This document shows, piece after piece, positions 36,841-42,835 of a stretch of DNA of 42,835 nucleotides (positions within the stretch are counted from its first letter, which is position 1; each line of letters starts with the position of its first letter). The stretch covers positions 1-42,835 of the forward strand of contig DASWNS010000222.1 of the NCBI GenBank assembly GCA_036399115.1, written 5' to 3'. The notes under the pieces are model-generated. The model did not search any database. It saw only the letters and a list, made by a program, of their open reading frames with translations, and had not been told where the DNA came from. The stretch comes from Pyrinomonadaceae bacterium. Lineage in GTDB: Bacteria; Acidobacteriota; Blastocatellia; Pyrinomonadales; Pyrinomonadaceae. The position numbers and the translations under genes were made by a program.

Positions 36841-37890
36841 TTAACGCGGGTCGAAAGGGAAACTATATGTGAGGCGACCTTTAACCTTGTGTGGCCGTCG
36901 CGCCGTGCGGAAGGGAAGAAAACCGGCACGGCGCGCGGCGTCTTCCGCCACCCGCCACAGTTCCCTCGGCCCCTCAATTGCGCGAGAGTAAATGACACGC
37001 CCGGTTTCATCAATCACGACTTCGACGGTCACGTTAATGGGCGTTGTGGCCTTTCTCCAGTTGATCGGATATGCGGCTCCCGGCAGGCTGAGAGCCTTAT
37101 CATTGACCAGCCCAACATCCGTCAACTGATCGACTTCTATGGCCACACCAGCCGCCTCTTCGAGTCTCGTTTGCGACGCCTCTTTCTCCGACGGGCGGGC
37201 TGCGGAGACGTTGGCCGGAGCGGACGCCGACCGTGCTCCTTTTGAACTGCTCGCCACGCGTTCGCTCCTCGGCAGCGCGTCTCTACCCGTAGGCGTCTGA
37301 GAGGCCGCGCTCTCCTCTTCGGCTACGGGCAGCGCGCCGTCAACGCCTCCCGAATAATAAGTGATAGTGCGATAGGCGACCTCGACCGGCTCAAGCCGCT
37401 GCTGGCCGGCTTCTGAGACGACGACAGAGGAAGTCATCTTCACCCAATTGCCCGCCGCATCGAATTCATAGGAGTATTCAGTCCGGCTGAGAATGACACC
37501 CTGCTCATCGCGCACCGTAGTTCTCAACAAGCGTCCCGCCTCGTCGTAATCATACGTCTCCTGACCGATGGGGCTATTGATCACGGGATAGGTTCTGTTA
37601 TCGATCCGTCTGCCGCTTATATCATAGACAGTAAGTTCAAGCAGGGAACGGGGTCCTTCCACCACTCCGTTCTTCTTGAGGTTAACTCTCGCCACCTCGG
37701 TTCGCAGGCGGCGCACCAGCCCGCGCAGCCCGTCTCTCTCTCTGTTACTGTTAAGGATTTTGAGCGGCGAAGGACTCCGGCGTTGGTCAGTTCGCGTCTG
37801 CGCGAGAAGGCTCTGACTGAGAGAAAGCAGGCAGACGACTAAGAGCAGGACGTGGGGGAAATGTCTGACGATGAATCTGTGATAATTCAT
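36841..37890 (-). CDS. Secreted protein with YD-repeat-like middle region and TonB C-terminal domain
   Basis: A signal peptide is present. The middle region has YDYDEAGRLLRTTVRDEQG...YSYEFDAAGNW. The C-terminus LPGAAYPINWRKATTPINVTVEVVIDETGRVIYSRAIEG...AEDAARRAGFLPF is TonB_C-like. Confidence 0.7.
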   Translation of the reverse strand: MNYHRFIVRHFPHVLLLVVCLLSLSQSLLAQTRTDQRRSPSPLKILNSNRERDGLRGLVRRLRTEVARVNLKKNGVVEGPRSLLELTVYDISGRRIDNRTYPVINSPIGQETYDYDEAGRLLRTTVRDEQGVILSRTEYSYEFDAAGNWVKMTSSVVVSEAGQQRLEPVEVAYRTITYYSGGVDGALPVAEEESAASQTPTGRDALPRSERVASSSKGARSASAPANVSAARPSEKEASQTRLEEAAGVAIEVDQLTDVGLVNDKALSLPGAAYPINWRKATTPINVTVEVVIDETGRVIYSRAIEGPRELWRVAEDAARRAGFLPFRTARRPHKVKGRLTYSFPFDPR

Positions 37891-37929
37891 GGCGGAGCCG
37901 GGCTGTCACACTGGCCGACGGATAAAGTT

Positions 37930-38421
37930 CTAACTGGTGCAATCGACGTTCGCGGCGACGATGCTCGTATTTACGCCGCCCTGTGCGTTGAGGCTGATCC
38001 GAAATTTAACGTGTCCCATCAAGCCGTCAGTACTTCCCGTTTTGTTCAGCGCGAAGTTGAAGACATAGGTGAAGCTGGTGGGCGAAGGACCACTCGATTC
38101 TAGACGACCGACGCCGACGGCCTGATACTTAGCGCGGCTTGTGAGTCCGAAAGCGTTAATCCGATCCGCGTTGATGTTGCCCTCGATCAATGTCTGGCCG
38201 CCGGCCTCGCGGACGACCTTGTACTGCACATCGAATTCACCGCTCAGGCGAATCCTTTTCTCTCTACACGCCGTGGGCAGGGTGCGATTGAATGGAATCT
38301 TCCGGGCACCGGAAACGGGAGGGTTTTGCGCCTGTGCCCGCGCCACTCCGAAGGCTGCGAGCAGAATCATAGCCGTTGAGGCCACTGAGAAGATCGAGAG
38401 CCGCGTTATTCTTTTGTTCAT
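37930..38421 (-). CDS. Secreted hypothetical protein
   Basis: The ATG at 38421 gives MNKRITRLSIFSVASTAMILLAAFGVARAQAQ. No domain recognised. Confidence 0.55.
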   Translation of the reverse strand: MNKRITRLSIFSVASTAMILLAAFGVARAQAQNPPVSGARKIPFNRTLPTACREKRIRLSGEFDVQYKVVREAGGQTLIEGNINADRINAFGLTSRAKYQAVGVGRLESSGPSPTSFTYVFNFALNKTGSTDGLMGHVKFRISLNAQGGVNTSIVAANVDCTS

Positions 38422-38566
38422 GAGAGAGTAGTGTGGCAAAAAATTTCTGCCCGCACAAGATATTTAATGCAGCCGCGTACTCTCCAGCACAACTGACGGC
38501 GGGAAAAGATATTTTGCCGCACTGCCAATCTCTTTTGAGAAGAAGAGCGAACAGGGGTGTGCGCGT

Positions 38567-39595
38567 TCAACGCGATAAGGCGAGCACCGCCGCGTAGACT
38601 CCCTGCACAACCATCGCCATGCGCTTGTAGTCGAGCGTGTCGGGCGTGTCGGTGAAAGTGTGATAGTTCGGATTCCGGTAAAAAGCCGTGTCGGTGATCA
38701 TCAACGCGTCGTAGCCCTCGTTCCAGTAGTTCAGATGATCGGAGAAGTCTACGCCGGGAATCGTGCGCGGCGCGTTAATCGAATAGACCGGAAGCGGCGA
38801 CGCTTCCAGCATCGCTTTCTTCACGCGTCTCATCGTCCGCACCTGATCCATCTTTCCCACCACAGAGATGAAATTCCCGCGCGCGGGATAAAAGGCTTTC
38901 AGGATGGAGACGGGGTAATGCTGGCTCTCAGGCTGATCGCTGAAATAACCGATCATCTCCAAAGAGAGCATCGCGCGCACGTTGAAGCCCTGCGCCCTGA
39001 GTGAAGAGGCGTGGATGGCGCTGCCCATCAGAGGAGAACGGAAGTAGGGCGGCTCTTCCAGTGTGAACGCGACCAACTCGACACGCACTGCGGGCGGTAT
39101 CCGGCCAAGCAGGTAGGCCAGTTCGAGCAAGCCTGCAACGCCGCTCGCATTATCATCCGCACCGGGAAGCGCACCCGCCGTGTCGTAGTGCGCCCCGACC
39201 ACGATCAGTTCTTTGTCACGGGGACCAAAGGACGCGATCACGTTACGATAAGTTCGCCCACGCGACTCGAAGGGTTGCTCCGACACTTCGATGGCCTTCG
39301 CCTGCTCAAACTCCTTCCGCAGGTAAGCCGCAACGCGGTCGAGGTTTTCGGGATGCCCCGCGTCGCGCGGGCTGAGCGTGCCGGACAGCACGCGCACATG
39401 TGCTTCGAGCCGCGCGGCGTCTACAGGCGGAACGTTACCCCCCGCAGTCCCGCGAGAGATCAAGGGCTGCGTGATCGCAAACCATGTGACCAACAGCAGA
39501 CCCGCGAACCCTAAAATGATTAACAGCAACAGCACGACGAAGCGTTTGCGCCTTTCAGGATGAACTGGCGAATTTGAAAGCGACGTGCCGGTCAT
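38567..39595 (-). CDS. M28-family aminopeptidase, membrane-anchored
   Basis: It has an N-terminal TM segment. The zinc-ligand motifs are VVGAHYDT, GADDNASGVAGLLELA, FTLEEPPYF and DFSDH. Confidence 0.85.
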   Translation of the reverse strand: MTGTSLSNSPVHPERRKRFVVLLLLIILGFAGLLLVTWFAITQPLISRGTAGGNVPPVDAARLEAHVRVLSGTLSPRDAGHPENLDRVAAYLRKEFEQAKAIEVSEQPFESRGRTYRNVIASFGPRDKELIVVGAHYDTAGALPGADDNASGVAGLLELAYLLGRIPPAVRVELVAFTLEEPPYFRSPLMGSAIHASSLRAQGFNVRAMLSLEMIGYFSDQPESQHYPVSILKAFYPARGNFISVVGKMDQVRTMRRVKKAMLEASPLPVYSINAPRTIPGVDFSDHLNYWNEGYDALMITDTAFYRNPNYHTFTDTPDTLDYKRMAMVVQGVYAAVLALSR

Positions 39596-39667
39596 AAACT
39601 AGAAACAAGCGCTCTCGCCCGCACGGGTCTTTGCCCTCTCCGAACTATGACGCGATGCGGCTGCTTT

Positions 39668-41083
39668 TCACTTGAGCGGTTCGACCGCACTCGTCACATC
39701 GAGATGTATGACGGCGTCGAATTGCTTCGCGAGGCGCGCCTTGAAGTAGTGGCTCTGCCGCTCCGTCTGGGGCAGGTAGACGACCCCGATGGCACGCTCA
39801 AGGTGCGGCTCCGAGAGCGCGTCGGAGACTGCGCCGCCCCCGCGAAGTATGAGCAGAAAGTTGGGCACGCCCGTCTGGTGAAACAGACCGGAATAGCTTT
39901 CCGCGAGCGCGGGGCGCACCTTCATCTTCTGGCCTTGCCTGCCCCACTCCAAGGCCGCACGCACCTCGCCCGTGTAGGTCGTAAACCCGACGAGGACGGA
40001 TGCGCCGTCATGAAATTTCCGCATGAGGTGGCCGACGTTCAACTCTCCGGCCTCTCCCATTTCGGTCATGCGCGCGTCGCCCTGATGTGTGTTGTGCGCC
40101 CAGACAACCAACTTCGCCTTCTCTCCGCCGATGGCTTCCTCGTAACGGCTGATCTCTTGGAGCGTCTCCGCCATGTGGCTGTCGCGCAAATTCCAGGTGT
40201 TGAAGCCGCCCAGATAACTCAGGCGATAGTATGCCTCCCCGTTCTTCACCACGCGGGCGTTCTGGTAGGCCGAGAAGAGATCGTCGTCGCGCTCCGGCTT
40301 CGGTCGTGCGCGCCACGCGGCCAGACGCTGCTCCATCTCCTGAAACAGCGCAAGGGCGTCTTTCTCGCACGAAGTTTTCATCGCCGTCGCTACCTCCTGG
40401 CCGTACCGCTCCGGACGGTCGCCGTAGCGACGGAAACACTCCGTGCGCTGCCGTGCACGCGTAGCGGCTGCCGGGTCAACGCGCGTCAGGTATTCGACCA
40501 CAACCTGCGAAGAGTCTGAGAGGTTATACAGGTCCATGCCGTAGACGCCTGCGCGTGGGGCATCGGAGGGTCGAGAGGCGTTATGAGAGCGGAGCCATGT
40601 GACGAGATCGCGGAACTCCTCGTTGCGCCACATCCACTGCGGAAAGCGCGTGAAGCCGGAGAGCGCCTGCTCGACGTTCGCGTCCTTGCCGCGCCCACGC
40701 ACGTACTCGCTCACGCGGTAAGCGTCCGACCAGTCGGCTTCCAGCACGACGGCGTTGAAACCTTTCTCCTCGATGAGACGGCGCGTGATGCGAGCGCGCT
40801 CGCGGTAGAACTCTTGCGTGCCGTGCGTGGCTTCTCCGAGCAGGACGAACCGCGCGTCTCCGACCAAATTCATCAGCGCATCGTAGTCGCCCTTACCGCC
40901 GGTAAGCGGTATCGCCGATTTACGCACCAGCGCAGAGATTGAAGCGACTTTATCGACGGACGCGGCTGCCCCCTGCGCTTTGCCGCGCCCTTGTTCTTCC
41001 TTAATCCCGGACATGCAGCCATTAGCTGTTAAGCAGACAAACAGCATTGGCCGCAGCAACCCGAGAAGAGTACGCTGGCACAT
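39668..41083 (-). CDS. Erythromycin-esterase-family protein (lipoprotein-like signal)
   Basis: LLGEATHGTQEFYRERARITRRLIEEKGFNAVVLEADWSDAYRVSEYVRG is the signature N-terminal region of the Ere family. VVWAHNTHQGD lies downstream. Confidence 0.85.
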   Translation of the reverse strand: MCQRTLLGLLRPMLFVCLTANGCMSGIKEEQGRGKAQGAAASVDKVASISALVRKSAIPLTGGKGDYDALMNLVGDARFVLLGEATHGTQEFYRERARITRRLIEEKGFNAVVLEADWSDAYRVSEYVRGRGKDANVEQALSGFTRFPQWMWRNEEFRDLVTWLRSHNASRPSDAPRAGVYGMDLYNLSDSSQVVVEYLTRVDPAAATRARQRTECFRRYGDRPERYGQEVATAMKTSCEKDALALFQEMEQRLAAWRARPKPERDDDLFSAYQNARVVKNGEAYYRLSYLGGFNTWNLRDSHMAETLQEISRYEEAIGGEKAKLVVWAHNTHQGDARMTEMGEAGELNVGHLMRKFHDGASVLVGFTTYTGEVRAALEWGRQGQKMKVRPALAESYSGLFHQTGVPNFLLILRGGGAVSDALSEPHLERAIGVVYLPQTERQSHYFKARLAKQFDAVIHLDVTSAVEPLK

Positions 41084-41288
41084 GAAACCTCCGCAGCATC
41101 AAACTCCGGGCAAAGTGAGAACGGGCTTGCGCTTGCTTACATGATTGGCTACACGCAACTCTTCTCAAACACTTCGACGGATGAAATTGTTAGGGGAGGA
41201 TAAATATAGTCGGACGACGTGAGACTGATCTGTACCAAGCCGTACTTTATAGAAGGAACTCAAGCCAGCATACGATAACAACACCGAC

Positions 41289-41451
41289 GAGTCCGATAAC
41301 GCCTGCTCAAAGCGTTGGGGCTATGAGGCAAAAGTTTTTCGCTGGTACAACGGGAACATGGAGGGCATTGTCAGTTGACCGTGCTCGACATATCCAAACG
41401 TTCCAAACTTTTGCCTCATAGCCCTACGACATAATTTTTGTTATCGGACTC
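41289..41451. repeat. Composite inverted repeat (12 + 20 nt arms) in a 620-bp non-coding gap
   Basis: The outer arms are GAGTCCGATAAC (41289-41300) and GTTATCGGACTC (41440-41451). The inner arms are GGGCTATGAGGCAAAAGTTT (41318-41337; the preceding G at 41317 is unpaired) and AAACTTTTGCCTCATAGCCC (41405-41424). Confidence 0.6.
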
Positions 41452-41707
41452 TAACTGTTTATGGTATCGGTTGGCGTTGCGCTTCGAGCCAGCGTTCGAG
41501 GCCGATGGCGGCCAGTGTCGCGCTCATCTGGGAGACGTATTGCGCACTTACTCGCTCGACCATCATTCGGATCACCCGAGCGCCGCCGAGGCACCAAAAA
41601 AAGTGGCGGTCAGGCGGCACAGGTCGGGCGGCGAAGTCATGGCGGAGCAGGATGAAGAAAGCGCGAGCACGGATTATGACTAAGAGGTCATTCCTGCAAC
41701 GCTATCC

Positions 41708-42835
41708 TCATGCGGCGGACAAATCGACTGCTCCCCTGTCGAACCTCGAATCAATCGTCTTTAACTGGAGCGCCGGAGTGGGGCTGAGATATTGTGGCGG
41801 GATACTGAGTTCCTCCATCTTCCGGCGGTCGGCTGCTTCTATCGGGTCGAGCCCGGCGATGTAGCGCCGCTCATTGTTTTGCAGGGGATTGCTGATGCTC
41901 AGGATTTCGGAACCCGAAGCGAGAATCACTTTTTTGTACTGAGGCAGGTTGCTCGCCCAGAGTTTTGTCCAGTAGTGGCGTCCGACGTTGGTGAGGCTGC
42001 CGAGTTGGCGGCAGAGCCTTTTGAAATGTTCGACCGCCTCGGTCGGTTCGAGTCCGAGGGGGCGATGGCAGAGCGTGTAGCCGTCGTAGTCGCGGCTCAC
42101 AGTACCCGGAAGAATCCTGCCCTCACTTTGCAGTTGCCGGTAAAAGGGCGTCTCCGGGTAAGGGCAGACGATGCCGAGAAAAGTGATATTGAAGTATTGA
42201 AGGTCTGACAGATACTCCGGCAGTTTCTCCAGATACTCGTTCGTGTCTCCGTCGGAGCCGACGAGCAGGCCGAAGGAGAGCATGATGCCGTTGGCAAAGC
42301 AGCGGCGAATCACCCGGTCAACTTCCGTGATCTTGTTCTGCCCCTTGTTCATCGCCTTGATGGAGTCGGGGTTGAGCGATTCGAGGCCGGTGTAGATGTA
42401 GCGGCAGCCCGCCTGCGCCATCAACTTCACCAACTCTTCATCCTTGAGCACGTTAAATGTCAGCGCGCAGCCCCATGTCTTCTTGAGCGGCAGGAGCGCT
42501 TCGCAAAGCGTGCGCAGGTAGCGCGGGTCGCCGCCGAGATTGTTGTCGAGGAACGAGAACGAATTATCGAACAGGCCGAAGTAGTTCTTGTTCCAACGCA
42601 TCTTGAACTTGATTTCGTCGATAACGTGCTCGACGGGGCGATAGCGATATTTTTCGTGGCCGGTGAGCACGCAGAAGTTGCAGGAGAAAGGGCAGCCGCG
42701 CGAGGCTTCAATGCCGGGAAGCCTGATGGAGTTGGTGCGGAAGTCGATCAAGTCGTAACGGTAGGGCTTGATCTCGACTGCGCCGCGCGAAGGCAGTTGA
42801 TAGCGTTTCTGTAACTGTCCGCGAGCGAAGTCAGC
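41708..42835 (-). CDS. Radical SAM protein, B12-binding-domain class (5' end outside window)
   Basis: The Cys triad is in ASRGCPFSCNFCV. The frame stays open upstream to the window edge (ADFARGQLQKRYQLPSRGAVEIKPYRYDLIDF...), so the track start at 42751 (TTG) is not the real start. Confidence 0.85.
   Translation of the reverse strand, partial: ADFARGQLQKRYQLPSRGAVEIKPYRYDLIDFRTNSIRLPGIEASRGCPFSCNFCVLTGHEKYRYRPVEHVIDEIKFKMRWNKNYFGLFDNSFSFLDNNLGGDPRYLRTLCEALLPLKKTWGCALTFNVLKDEELVKLMAQAGCRYIYTGLESLNPDSIKAMNKGQNKITEVDRVIRRCFANGIMLSFGLLVGSDGDTNEYLEKLPEYLSDLQYFNITFLGIVCPYPETPFYRQLQSEGRILPGTVSRDYDGYTLCHRPLGLEPTEAVEHFKRLCRQLGSLTNVGRHYWTKLWASNLPQYKKVILASGSEILSISNPLQNNERRYIAGLDPIEAADRRKMEELSIPPQYLSPTPALQLKTIDSRFDRGAVDLSAA

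Noticed and set aside
38434-38525. GGCAGTGCGGCAAAAT (minus strand), which resembles an IS6 terminal repeat.
   Set aside because: It forms an imperfect palindrome with TGGCAAAAAATTTCTGCCCGC 60 nt away, directly after the M28 peptidase gene. That is more consistent with a terminator-type hairpin. The context is core-like and there is no other IS sequence nearby.

Overview
High-GC bacterial chromosomal window; the gene content looks Acidobacteriota-like, but that is a low-confidence guess. All calls come from reading the sequence and the ORF translations and recognising motifs by eye. No searches or computations were run.

The window has three parts.

(1) 1-12.3 kb, core-like. It holds yggS (partial), tRNA-Leu(CAG), ligA, an M20 peptidase, a GNAT acetyltransferase, a GAF histidine kinase, a DUF4388/J-domain/TPR protein, an HD-GYP protein, a degenerate Dam-like protein and a secreted GGTPY-repeat protein.

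(2) About 12.4-28.2 kb, a visibly lower-GC, mosaic accessory island. It is full of decayed IS6-family and IS110-family elements, and every transposase gene is broken. Its cargo is:
- a blasticidin-S-deaminase-like gene;
- a DUF4157 polymorphic-toxin-like protein with a beta/gamma-crystallin-like partner;
- a SET-domain gene;
- a three-gene operon around a Cys-rich peptidase-like protein;
- an overlapping ExeA/TniB-like AAA+ ATPase plus wHTH/zinc-finger gene pair;
- a cupin and a DUF2268-like protease.

(3) 28.3-42.8 kb, core-like again. It holds secreted peptidases (M24, M28), htpX, a TonB-C protein, an erythromycin-esterase-family protein, a partial B12-type radical SAM gene, and a compact vWA / PP2C / Ser-Thr-kinase triad. 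The triad has TerY-P-like architecture, and its kinase carries an unusual membrane plus Cys-rich C-terminal tail.

Sequence-level signals not explained by genes:
- heptamer-periodic inverted repeat arrays that cap several intergenic regions;
- a 40-bp-arm hairpin at the island edge;
- multiple solo IS6 terminal repeats;
- a structured terminator-ended leader in front of htpX.

Best candidates for an under-described system, in order: the vWA-PP2C-kinase triad, the DUF4157 toxin-like module, the ATPase + wHTH/Zn pair, and the peptidase-like operon.

No CRISPR array, reverse transcriptase or rRNA was seen.
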